NCBI GenBank assembly: GCA_022813865.1
Contig: JALDZX010000006.1
Location: forward strand, 664,522 to 684,521
Length of the DNA: 20,000 bases
Source: Xylographa opegraphella
Taxonomy: Eukaryota
Direction of reading: 5' to 3'
Shown here: positions 1 through 12,356 of the stretch, piece by piece
Position numbering within the stretch: position 1 is the stretch's first letter
How the letters are laid out: every line of letters begins with the position of its first letter
Notes under the pieces: model-generated
The model's input: only the letters and a program-made list of their open reading frames with translations
Told to the model about the DNA's origin: nothing
Databases searched by the model: none
Position numbers and translations under genes: made by a program

Positions 1-3000
1 GCGGTAATGTTGTTGCTGTTGCTGCAGGTGGTCTATTCAACGGCGCTTCTGAGTCTTCGGCTCCGTCATCTTCTTCCTCCAGAGCATCGCCTAGGCCCAT
101 GACATTCATCATATCGCTGTCATCCATAGGTGCCACGTTCAAGAAGTTCTCCAGGCTTGTCATAATGGTTGCCAAGACGAGTGAAAAGTCGTTGAGTAAA
201 AACCAGACGTCGCCCTTTCGGATACCGTTTGCAATCTCGAGTGGTTGGACTGCCCCATGCATGAAGAAGTCGTATAGATAGGCATTGAGTGGAGTGTCTG
301 AGGGGATGTCGAGGTGCGGTATGACGGCCTTTTCGAGAAAGATACCGGACCGGGTCGACGAGCAAAGGTCAGAGATCGATGCGAATGTGTCGGAGTGCCC
401 AGAGAGAGCCACGAAGTGGGAGCGTGCGGCTGTTGCAGGTAAGCTATGAAGGATATCTGAATCGAACACCTTCGAGCCTCCAACAGTGAGTCTCGTCAAT
501 GGAAGAGTTCGATCGTCCTCTTTGCAATGCTGCTTTGCAAAGGTTCTCACATATGTAGTGAATGTCTCTAAGGTCTCTTGGTTATGCTCCTGCAGGATTA
601 TTTTCGCTTTGATAGGGAGTTCAGGGAGGAAAACAATCGAAGAGGACCTCTTGATAATTGTTTCCTTGTTCTCAATGTCAGCTTGTCGACATGCACGACG
701 CCCAAAGAGGTGCGCCATGACCAGCATTAGCTGTCGGAGTGTTGCCGATGGTTTCTCCTCAACGTTTGCACACAATTGGTGGAAGTAGCCACCCTTTAAG
801 AGAGCGTGAAATGCAAAACTGCTGTTTTCAGTAAAATATAGATGAGATACGCAGCTCGTGAAGTTGATAGGTTCGCCGCGAGGACCAAGTAGCTGCTGTC
901 TTCGAAGATACTCTATACTAAATCGCAAATGATGCAGCACTTGAGCCTTAAAGCTCTCGCCACCAAGATACAACCGAGGTTGCGAAAGAAGAGCGTTTAT
1001 GGCCCGCTCTGCATAAGCAGAGTTTTTCGAATCATACAGTAGAGTAAACAGACGAAGTATCAGAGTCGTTGTTATGGGGAAGTGACCATTCAGATCGGGC
1101 AGTCGTGAACTCAGTAGCCGACATGCTTTGTCAATAGGAATGCCATGGAAAACAACATTACCAAGAATGTCAAAACCACGACGTCCGGCTCGGCCTGCAC
1201 ATTGTCGAAAGTTGAGGGCTGTTAAGTAGACACTATCGCCACTAAAAACGACTGTTTTGCAGGGCATCTGTAAAATGACTTAGCTATAAAGCAGCGCCAG
1301 AACAAATGGTAGATACATACATTGATACCAAGCGCTAGAGTCCCAGTTGCTATGATTACCCTCAGATATCCTTTTCGGAATAGAATTTCAACTCTGGACA
1401 CTTTAGCTTCTGTGATTGACGCGCCATCCGCAAGATCTCCACCAACACATGACTTACATTGTTCGGTACTTCTTGTTCATTCCAGCATGATGAATTCCAA
1501 CGCCTCTTCTCAACGCTTTCATCAACCACTCCGCAATACCTTTCCACTCCATCTGGCGGAAATATTCCTCCATGTCGGACTTCTGAACCTTCTGTACATC
1601 TGCAAAGCTAAATTCTTCACAAGGTGCATCTGGGTCAAATTGTTCAAAAGGACTGGCTTCTCGTTCAGCAGAATCCCGCTCGGTATCAGCCTTGGACCCG
1701 CGTTCGTCATCTTTCTCCTTAGTCTTTTTTGCTTTGACTGCTTTAGGCGCCTTGAGCTTGCTAGCGTTTTTCCACTTCTCATAGCTTTCCATCGTTGCCG
1801 CCCATTTCGGACTTTCTGCTTTCCAGAACTTTTCGGCATCCTGGAGGCGATCCAGCAGTGATTTGGCGATGCCTTCACAGGCTGCTCTGTCGTAGTTGAA
1901 AAGAATGGCTGGCAAGGCGTTATGCTCGTGTAAGTCGGTCACAAGAGGAAGGATAGTCTCTCTGAGGTCACTTGAGTCGATCACGTCTATCACTTCTAAA
2001 TCTTGGTTTGTTGCGACCACGGGGATGTCGATGATGTTCCGTTGCTCGAGGGGTGCACTGAGTTCGTCAAGAACTTTTTCAAATGGGGAATCCGAACTCG
2101 ACATCCAAAAGGATAAAAGGTCCTTGAGTTTCCTCTCCCAAGCCACGATGTCAGCCTTGCGAATAATTTGGGGTAAGCAGGTCGTTGGATCGAGCTCTTT
2201 AGAGACAGGATAAGTGGGCGTCTGATACTTCGACATGGTCTGCCAGAGGATCAGGCAATCTCTTGGCTCGAGCCCTAGGTCCGCTGGTATTCCCCGAGAC
2301 TTGTTTACAAGACTTGCAATTGGGTGGAAATATTGAAAACCTGGGACGTTGTCCAGCCCCAAGTCTCCCAAGTTTGACCTCTTCCCAAGAGCCTTGAATG
2401 TGAATCTCTTGGGTGGATTATATACAAATTTTCTAAGGTCCGAATACCGCTGCTCATGTTTTATCATGCTGAGTTCAAATCCTGAGGACCGCTGCGTGGC
2501 AGTGAGCCAGTCACTGAATTGGCCGGGATTGCCTACTGTCGCAGATAGCGCGATAATTGGACACGGAGCAAGAAGTAAAAGCTGCTCCCACACAACACCA
2601 TCTTCAGCTTGGCCAATGGAGTGTATCTCGTCAAAAATTATGCATCGGACACGTGGAGCCCAGGATTTTGCATTGGTGGGCGCCAGTAGCATTATCTGCA
2701 AAATATGTGGCACGGTTACCAGAATCTGACATCCTGTGGGATTGTTGACTCGATAGTCTCTTGTATGAATGGCCCATACGCTCTTCCCGCCATACTTGTA
2801 TATCTTAGAGAAACGTGCTTGGATTTCCGCTGCAATTTGGCTGACCAGAGCCTTTGTAGGGGCAACATACACAAGTATTCCATCGTCATCCGCTCGAAGG
2901 ACTTTCTCCATGGCATAAAAACTGATGAAAGTCTTCCCGGCGCTTGTTGGAGCAACAACAAAGACACTATGGTCGGCGTCGAGTTCATCGAGGACGCGGC

Positions 3001-5542
3001 GTTGCCAGCCATCAGGGTTAAATGGAACACGAGTATCTGGTTGCGAGTCCATGTTACGGTCCATGTAAGGACCGCAATACAGGAGTTGAAAGTTAGTTGG
3101 TGAAATACCGATGGACAGCTTCACCGTTAATGGTTGTGGGATTTTAAAGCTGAACGTTAATGAATGATCAATGACTATAGCTGCTCCTTCGTTGTTCGGA
3201 GGCAGCCCTAGAATGCGGCAAACCTCTCGAGAGTGTGCAAGGATTTCCTTTGTCAGTCCACTTTCCATATTCCAGAGGCGCCTGATTTGGCTCCAGATCA
3301 GCGCTGCGATCTTGTACCCTTCGTCTCTTTTGACAGCTCTACAATATCCACACCAAATTTCCAGCAAAGACTGCAGACTGTAAAGAGTAATCTCAGCGTC
3401 CACGGTCGTTATTTTGTTCTTCGGAAGATCATCTTGGTAAGCCTTTATTCTCCGATACCGTGCCTCCGGGTCCACAATTCTGTCAAACGCTTCTCTCCTG
3501 TTAGCCCATGAAGCAAAGGTCAACTCCGCATACACATCCCTTTTAGCGAGGATGTTTGCTTTAGCAAGTTCTTTCGTCTTGTTGACTGTAGTTTTTCCTT
3601 TTTGCCCTGCTTTCTTATTATTAGGCAGGCTACCTGACTGAGGCTGCTGGGGGTTGCCAGGATTGGTAGGGGTTTTCTGAGCTCTAGATGACGAAGCCTT
3701 GGTATCTTTCTGCACAGTTATGGTCTGAGGCTCCAGGATTTTACCAGCGGCATTGGTCAAGCTGGCCGCATATTTGGCCATCTCGTCCATATACCGCTGA
3801 TTCGATCTGCGTAGACGCATTCCTGCTTTATCATTGCCAATTTGAACTATCTTTTTTCTATCGATGGCACGCTTCGGGTTGTGCCAATGACTTATCTCTC
3901 TGAAGATCCTGCTTGACCTTGCGTCAATGTCTATAGAATCGCGAATATCAACATCTATCTTAATGGACTTAAGATGCTGATCAAACACTGTATTCGAAAA
4001 TCGGAGGATACAAGGAACGACCTTCTGCTCTTTGGGTGGCGGTATCACTTTGCCTCCAAAATGGTTGTGGTCTGAGAATTCTAATTGCACACCACTACTA
4101 TGTAGAACAATATCAGCAGCGTAGATGAAATCTTCTCGGACCTCCCCGAAAAGCAATTTCGACATGGCTGTTCGATCCTGCACCATGAGAAGCACCATCT
4201 TGAAAACCCTTCCATCCACGAGGTCCATAAGATTGCACTGCTCCGCTCTTTTCTTATAGTACTGATTCCATCGATGGTTGTCCAGGGCTGCTCGAGCAAT
4301 GAAAGCAAAGTCGACGAGAAATTTGCGGTAAGTCTTAGTCCCAGATTCATCAGCTAGCTCAATATGTTGTAGTCGGCGAGCTGATAGAGGTAGATAAGTC
4401 AGCAATATTGCGTGAAGGAGGAACGCCGATGCGATCCATGATACACTGGGCTGCTCCTCAACTAGCTTTGAAAGAGTAAAGATCACAAGGCTCATGCGTT
4501 CGGTCAGCACGGTGTGGATACTGACCGAGCTGTCTGACAGCATTTCTGGACTTGCGTAGTCCCGAGATTTGAGAGGCAGACTGTCCAAGAAAGCGGAAAC
4601 CGACTCCTCAAGATGTAAATTGCATAGTCCAATCTCCCGTAGTTCAGTTGCCGCCTCCCTCAATATCGTCATTTGGTCTTCATACTTCGACTGAACAAGG
4701 TTGCCACGTCTTCCCTCAACTATCATTGCCATTACCTAGGATACCTAAATTATACTGCTCGACGAAAATTGCGGGTAGTAGTACTAGTAGCTTGCATACC
4801 TTGGTGTCCTTCACTTCCAAACCGTTAACTAGTGCTACATTAAAGCCCGTTTTTATAAAATGTTGAATGGTCTTCCTTAGTGCGATCTTCTGCCAGCTTC
4901 CGTCCCGAGCATCTGTGATTGGTTGTTTCGTTTTCGATTCGATCGGTGCATAGGCCCCATCATGGCACATAACAAAGTAGATCGCGGAAGTTTCCAAGTA
5001 AGCTGTAAACGCCGGATCGTCGACTGAGTTGAAGCTATGGACCTCAATCTCAGAATGAGCCTCCGAGAGATGACAGGCAAGATGTCTCATAATGACCGAT
5101 CGAGCAAGTAGATATAGATCTTTCATGGCGGAGTTTTGAGGTGGTATACAAAGAGCACGGTTGTCTGCAGATTCATATAAGTATCATCCAAACACGTTTG
5201 AACATTAGTAGGAGAATCTTGAAAGACAAACCACTGAAAAATACTACATGAAAGTTGCACATGCGTCGAACGAGGGTCTCAAGAAAGTACTCCACAGCAT
5301 ACACGGCGTGAAGAAGCTGAAACCCATCTATTCGTCTATGTTAGTCAGGAACCTCAAAGGAGTACGCGTATTCTTGTCGAAAATTGGGACCTACCTTCGA
5401 AATCGATCTTAACGTCTCCCAGGCAGTGAAGCAGTAGTGAGTCACCTTCCAAAAGGAATCTCTCATTTCCAGCGTAGTCGCCTACAAGATCGAGGATTCG
5501 ATTCTGGAGCCCCTGGTACCACTCCAAGATCCCAGAATCCAT
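1..5542 (-). CDS. DDX60-like Ski2-family DExH-box RNA helicase (3' end outside window; >1740 aa)
   Basis: Exons 5542-5395, 5327-5232, 5164-4800, 4735-1458, 1393-1321, 1267-<1. Introns 5394-5328, 5231-5165, 4799-4736, 1457-1394 and 1320-1268 are all GT..AG and join in phase. Motifs: I APTSAGKT, Ia YVAPTKALV, II DEIH, III SAT, GIHHAG, V ATGTLALGINMP (split by intron 5), VI QCAGRAGRRG. The N-terminus (DLVGDYAGNERFLLEGDSLL..GFQLLHAVYAVE..FHVVFF) and the C-terminal DVWFLLNDFSLVL resemble DDX60 family proteins (from memory). The last exon was frame-checked at both ends, not at every codon. Confidence 0.92.
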
Positions 5543-6914
5543 GACTGCTGTTGGCTTTTGGTGATCGCGTGAACAATGATGTGAAAGGACTAGCTAAGTT
5601 GAGTTGACTATCGTGTAATGATAAGATCAGAACAGGGTAGAAAGTAGTGGTGCTGCGTAATAAGCGGGAGAGGAGGCTAAATAGGAACAGAATGTATTGA
5701 CCGTGGAATGACGATGTTATTTCATGAGAAACAACTTCGAGTTGGGGATATCTGAAAATTATGAGCTTCTGAAATTTGGCTGTCAAATTCATGCAAGTTG
5801 ATAGCTTAAGTCATGCTTTGATTGAGTTTACAGTGGCAGCCTTGTGTTGACTGATTTCGACAGCGAGATCTCACGGAAGGCTAATTGACTGCAAAGCGAT
5901 GGAGAAACCACTGGAATATTGTAGTGTACAGCAATGTCTCTGATTAAATCTGGGTATTTCTAGGTATCTGCGAAGAGAGCACAAACAATTTGTGTGTGCA
6001 AAAGGTTTTGCATCGTCGTGTTGATTTTGGGAAATGCGCTAATGCTTAGTTCCCGTCCGTACCCGCTCCATAGCGTTCGTAGCCAGGGAGCCAGGCTCGG
6101 CAGGTAAGTCCCTTGTCTCTACCTAATGTATCTTGTGGCTGCTGTACGGTAGGTTACCTTATGGAGAGCCTGGAGGTACTTCGTAACTTCTCGGCTCTCA
6201 GTCCCAATACAGAGGTGCTTCAAGGGGAGCTAGACCCTGGAATGAGAGATTCATCTTGAGGGAGTAAGTCCAGAGGGCCCCAAGTACGCTTCGGCCGATT
6301 GTTCGACACAGCGATCTGGTAACAGCTCCGCATAGCACTTCCGAATTTTGAGATTATGAGTTCGCAGTCATAATTATTCAATCACAATCCTGTTCCTTGA
6401 TCAGACAAAGGACAAGACTGTGGTAAAGAGCTCCACAAAAACTGTACGAGCAAACGTTCATATTTGAGATCGCTAAAGGGAACCCTCGTACTTCCGTGCG
6501 TGAAATGAGGAAACACCGTGTACGATCAGATCGAGGACAGCTGGACTGGTCGCTTCAAGATGTCAATGCCCATGCTCTAATGGAAGACTTCTGAGGTAAA
6601 CTGGACTAGGATGCAGAACAATCACCAACACCTGGATGGCACTCGATACTCATACCTGTTACGGATCTTGAGAGTCATCGACCAAGGGTCGAGAAGGAGA
6701 GGAGGATGGTTCTTGATCATGCTTTTGAATGCTCATATCCGACTATCTACACACCTTAGCTACCGTGGGTATCATAATGCCGCCTGTAGACAAGAGGAAA
6801 ACACTCAAAGCCGAGAGATTCAATGCAAACATAAAAGTAAACGGTAACAATGATTATACTGTCCGAAACGCTATGCAAGGATCCTCCCAATACCTTCATT
6901 CCGTATCTTACGAC

Positions 6915-9246
6915 TCATAACCTGTTTTCGAGGGAAGAGTGCACAATGTCACTCCCTTTCTGTTTCTTCAAAGCTTTTGCCAGCATCAGCTCTCGCATCC
7001 AGTCAATACGTTCGTTGCCAGTCTTCACGGCAAAATGGTGACTCTTTCCGGTCGCAGCATTGAGGATACCCTTCTTCTCGGCCGCTGGTACCAGCTGGAA
7101 TGCGAACGCGGAGACATCACCATCCTTTTTCTTACCGCTAATCTGTAGACGTTTGAAAGCCGAATTGAGCTTGCCAGAGCCGAGAGATGAGCATGCCACG
7201 GCGTAATCATCGACATCAATATACTCCAGAGCATTCGTGGTCATCTCATCTTTGTGCATAGCAAGTCTGGTCCCATTGAGGCGGAAATGGTTCTCGTGCC
7301 ATTCGTGGCGCAGCATTTTAGTCTTGCGCTTCTTCATCCACCCTGTGTAGTTGATATCTTCTACTGTTGCTGTCAAGTCCTTGACAGGAGTGATGGGCTG
7401 GTTCTCGGCAACAGGCGCCATAGCAAAGCTAGGTCGGTGTCGATTCTTTGCATGTGAAGTAGACCTCTCGATTGTTGCAAAGTTTCTGGACGGAGACAGA
7501 GCCAAATCGAGGTTTGGGCGACGATTCTCCAGGCGAGAAGTTGAGCGCTGAATGGGCTCGGCTCCACCATATCGCATATCCGGAGGTACGGACGATGAGA
7601 AGTCTCGTTCGATGGGGCCACAGGGTATTGCCGTGACGGGAACGTCCATTTCGGAAGCGGGGCTATCAATCCTGTATATGCTGTGGTAGGAACTCTGATC
7701 CCTTAAATCCATGGCTGTAAGGGGGGTACCTCGCTTAAAAGGAATAGCTGTACGATCCTGCGAAGATGCATCCACAGCCGACTCGCTGGGAATCGTCAGC
7801 TTCGGCAAACTCCTAAGGTTTGTGTGTGGTGCTTGAGGTTTAGGTGGTGATAGTGGGGGAAACATTTCGTAAGGAGGAGTAGCAGGATCTTCAGGTACTG
7901 GCCTGTTCATGTGCTGAAAGGTCAAGAACTGACGGACGTTCTCTTGAGGATCGCGTGTTTGGACAACCTTAAGAGCATTTTCCTCCAAACGGACGGGTGG
8001 TAGTTGTGTAGGACCAAGAACATCCGAGGAACCAACGACCGAAGACATAAGGAAAGAGTTCGGGCCAACTCCGGATTCCACAGGAGAAGGATTCGCTGCA
8101 TGAATTTGTTGAAATTCCACTGGAAATTCTGTTGCGATCATGGCCAACTTGCGTTGCTGCTTCCGCCATTTCGAACAATTCTCTCCTTTCGAACACTTAT
8201 GAGGCTTCGGGAGAAGCTGCTCAATCGCGACGATCGAAGCGGACTCAGCCGGCGATATAACGTCGTCCGAGCGGCGGCCCCTTCGGGCGTGTCGCTGACC
8301 AGCAGTCGGCGATCGGATGTGATCATCCTCCGGACTGTCTGGACTGGAACAGTTCTTTCGATAAGCATCAGGTTTGACTTCTTCCCGTTGCTGATGGGGC
8401 GAAAAGCAATAGTCTTCGGGGAGAGTCCGAGGTGCTTGATTGATAAGTTTTCCCCTTAGATTACGGATTTCGTTCCATAACCGATGACGATGACCGAATG
8501 AAGTAATACCTAACTCCTTGAGGTCTTCGTACTTCAGGTCGATAAGTGTAGCACCTGAAATGTCGTTTTGGAAGAAAAGCTCAATCATGGATCGCTCAAA
8601 ACCTGTCTTTTGCATCCACTCAGCCACTTCACGTGGGGTCCATAAAGCTAGAGAAGCGGCGCCCAACTGTTGCTGCGGCGTCGATTTTGCTAATTGAGGC
8701 AGTCGCTGTGCAGGACCAGCCGTATACTCATGTGGCGAAACGGGAGGAGACATGGATAGGTAGAAGTCAACATCTTGCGAAGTTTCCTGGGTAACACGGA
8801 ACAAATGCGGGCCAACGGGTCCTTCTACTGGTGGCTTTTTCGGGATACTCTGGTCCAGCTGGAAGTTAAATGCGTCGAAGCCATCAGTCGCATTGTTTGG
8901 CGTCCTCAATTCATCGAAAGAGGACAACGTTGTATCACTCTGCTTTCCAGTCTGCGATCATTTAGCTCGGATCTCCTGCACGAGCACGCAGGTTGTACTA
9001 ACGGAATCTTCGCTCCTCCGACCCGAGTACTCCTCAAGATCGCTTGAATCATCCTCGAATTCTGTCTCATATAGCTCAGTCACAAAAGTCGACCGCGCTG
9101 CGGTTCCTCTTGACGAATACACGGACGGCATGAGACCTTTCTGATAAATTTCAAGTCTTGCCTGGTAAGAGTTCGGATTGACGAATGCCTAAAATGAAAT
9201 CAGTATACAGCGATATACGAGCCTCCTGTTTGCGAGAGCGTACCAT
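6915..9246 (-). CDS. SAM and PH domain-containing protein (Boi/Pob1-like but without SH3), ~741 aa
   Basis: Exons 9246-9244 (ATG), 9188-9003, 8951-6915. Introns 9243-9189 (GTACGC..ACTGAT..TTAG) and 9002-8952 (GTTAGT..GCTAAA..GCAG). SAM: WTPREVAEWM..FFQNDISGATLIDLKYEDLKELGITSFGHRHRLWNEIRNL. C-terminal PH: YTGWMKKRK..WHENHFRLNGTRLAMHK..AFQLVP..HHFAVKTGNERIDWMRELMLA. The ORF-track start at 8927 is a TTG, not the true start. An alternative start is the in-frame ATG at 9131. Confidence 0.88.
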
Positions 9247-10257
9247 TGCCGAAGCCTGATGTTGGAATATAAGGGAAATGGAAGAGCACCGCCAATGATC
9301 TGGGCAGGTATGCGTTGCCACCAAATTCTGACGAAGGCAAATCAATCATCAAGAGCATCCGAATCGCTGGTATGACAAGAAAGGTCTCACGGACGGCCCT
9401 GCGGGCGTGGCGGGCGCTTCTGTACTTATGTACGGAGTGCAGGCTGGTCATTGGAAATCCGCAGCAGTGGAAAGCCATTCTTAGTGGGCACGAAGGGGCA
9501 TTGAGTCCGGGGGTCGGCACTGTGACCATCACATCTCTGCTGCTGCAGTATCAAGAACATTGGGCGGCATAAAGTGCGTGCAGCACTGAAGAGCGACTCG
9601 CTAGCAGGAGGCTAGAGCGGCCCTAACGTGCCTATCCCGGGACTTGTGCCTTAGAGTACATAAATAGCGTGTCGCCATGCTGAGCTGCCACCAGTGATGT
9701 TGCCTCGCAGCCCTCTCCACCTGACCTGTAGCCGCCGAGGGGACGCCTGCGAAGCTGCCGACGGGGATGGAGCTCTGGGCGCGAGCCACTTCCAGTGTGA
9801 CGAGCAAATCATCTCATCGGCTGCATGCGAGGAACTTTAAGCTTTCTCTTCGTCACGAAAGTCTCCGCCACCGAGAGATGGTAGCATGGATGGTACGGAG
9901 TAAGGTCAGGTAGAACGTTGCGAAGCTTGTTCTGCGGATCAATAGGTCGGCTCGCTCAATTGGAGCTTTACGCTCCGATCAATTCAAGTCTCAAGAGATC
10001 TGAATTGGGGTCTGGTCCCTGTGCGCAAAGCCACTGCCTACACATGATCGGCCGAGCGACCTGGGAGTTGCGCAGTAGCTCTTCGTTGATCCCGATATAG
10101 GGTGGACGGGTTGTGCCAGATCACTAGCGCTGCCTATTCCCGTCAGAGAGAGAAGCCAATATCAAATGCTTGGAGAGTCTCTTGCGGAGATAGACTTCTT
10201 TGGTTGCTATTCTTGTTGCACGGTGTCTATTCTGAGCATGAGCAGCACTAGAGAATG

Positions 10258-10265
10258 TTTATATA
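10258..10265 (-). promoter_or_regulatory. Candidate TATA box (TATATAAA) facing the SAM-PH gene
   Basis: Plus-strand tttatata. Motif match only, about 1 kb upstream of the ATG at 9246. Confidence 0.25.
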
Positions 10266-11184
10266 TGATCGGACCAGCTGCGTGTTGCGAGGGCGAGAGC
10301 CAGCATCTATCGTGTTTCTGAATTGAACCAGTAAGTCCAGTTCCATCAAGTCACACGTTTGCTCTATCTTTCTACTATGGAATGCATGTTTTCTTCTTCG
10401 AGAGCTGTTAGTCGACGAGAGCACAGCATAGCATAGCTTACCATTTCATAAAGAGTCCGTATCCTCAGCTGCGAGTTGCATTGAGGTACTGCGTTGCTGG
10501 TCATACCTCTCACACGCTGTGTATTTATTTCAAAATGCCTTATGGAGATCCGGTTGCCGACCGGTTCAAGAAATCCTGCCATATGGGGGAAGGAATCGAT
10601 CAGTCTTGCAGCTGCCCCCGAATTTTCTTCCGCATGGATATGTGGTACAGTCCGAACCATCCTGCAACTGCGGAAGAACTCTTACGCGACGCTATATTGC
10701 CAGCTCAACCACCATGATCGTGTTTGTGTAAGCACGATGTCGCGGTGACCGAGTTCTACGGAGACTCGAGCTGCCGAGTCACACGAAGTCGTTCGCGGTG
10801 TAGATGAATGACCAGAGGCGTGTCTCAATCCTCCAACGGTCGCAGGGACCACACACGTTGCCACCATCACCAGTGACGGCGCAGTTGTGGATGGACACAA
10901 TTACCATCAATTTCCACGAAAAGGTCTATTCCAGGAGACAATATGCGACAAATTCGCCCGTCCAGGCTCTAGTGACCGTACCGAAGGAATCACTCATAAT
11001 TTAGGCAATTTATTTTTAGTGACGGCCCGCGCACGGAATGTTGGCAAAATAGCGAAAACGGGGTCATGGGAGTCTCGGGGGTGAGTGGGGCTGGGCGCGT
11101 AAAGCCGACTAATTCGTTCGTTTCGGAGGACGCCAAGGAGGCTTGCAAGTAATGCGCGATGCGAGCCGCTGACGGGCCGCGTTC

Positions 11185-12356
11185 ATTGGACGCCGATGGA
11201 CCAGATTGGAGCCAGATGGAGACTAGATGGACACCTCTCAAGAGCAAAGCTGTTTGGCTTTGGCTACTTAGCGCACGATCCAAACCCCCGGCTCGAAGCT
11301 CGGACCAGACACTAAGGTATCCACCTACCTTACACGGTAAAGGCAAGGTAAGGTAGGCATCTTTCCAGGCCCCGAAGCCTATCACGGCGCTGCAGCCGCC
11401 TCCGTCCCACGTCGAGCTAATGCATGCCGTCCTCCACCCCTGCCGTTTGTGGACGCGGGAGAGCCAACTGTTCCCACAATGCCCTTGTATATTGCGCATC
11501 CCTGCTGCTCTGCACTCGCCCCGCGACCGGATTCGCGATTCTGATTGGTCTCTGAGGACGCAATCTGGCTGGATCGTCGTTGGTCGGCAACCGCATTGCG
11601 AAGTGAGGGGAAGTTGGCAGGGACCGCTTTTCGCGGACCAGAATGGGAACGTGCTCTACGGAGCACTGCTGAGCTGTGTACTCGTGATCTGGACAATATT
11701 CATGACGCGGGTCCGAGGGGCCGAGGGCGTGGAGGCATCGCGGAGTCCGTATCCCTTGATTCCACTCGGGGGGACGTGGATGTGAATTAATCAATGCGCG
11801 GGAACACGGTCGTGATTGGAGCCCGTCGGACAGGTGAGTGGCGCTCGGATAGAGACCTATCTACCCATGGTGCAAAGGTGAATGACGACCTGTACTGTAG
11901 TCTACTCCGTGAAGCAGTAGAGCTTCCAAGTTCCTCCCCTCCCCCCCACCCAATTCGGTGCGTGGAGGTCGAGGGCCAATATTCGTGCCTTGCTGGCGAC
12001 CGACTTTCCCGTCAGTGCCTGGGTAAGGTAAGGTAGGCCCTCAGCTGCCCTGGTCCTGGCTTGGACCGGAAGGGTGCAGCATGCGACTCGTTCCTTTTCG
12101 TTGAACGCCGCCCAGACCGATGAACCAATGGTGGAATGCTAGCACGGGCTGATATGAACGACACCTTCACCTTCCCACCGCGAGAGAGCTTTTTTAGGAT
12201 ATCCACAGGGGACCCTATCCCTTGCTTGCCGATGTGGCATGGGCTGCAGTGCGAGGCGGCTGGCAGCAGTGCGTGGGTCGTGACTGGACGAAGCGGAGGT
12301 TCAAACCCTGCGCATGCTTTGGCGGTGGTGGGCAGCATCGCAGACACTCGGCCAAT
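11185..12356. promoter_or_regulatory. Cluster of CCAAT boxes upstream of pro1
   Basis: ATTGG at 11185, 11205, 11544, 11815 and CCAAT at 11950, 11976, 12125, 12352. Confidence 0.4.

Noticed and set aside
99..4866. Many 60-180 aa ORFs antisense or out of frame to the helicase
   Set aside because: Shadow ORFs with no recognisable motifs. The spliced minus-strand frame explains the region.
5708..5772. C/D-box snoRNA-like arrangement (ATGACGA..CTGA..CTGA)
   Set aside because: Imperfect C box, no convincing terminal stem, and no clear rRNA guide. It lies in the helicase promoter.
6020..6350. Possible structured ncRNA (RNase P/MRP, telomerase RNA, tRNA)
   Set aside because: No complete conserved motifs, telomeric template or cloverleaf seen. 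A covariance-model search would be decisive.
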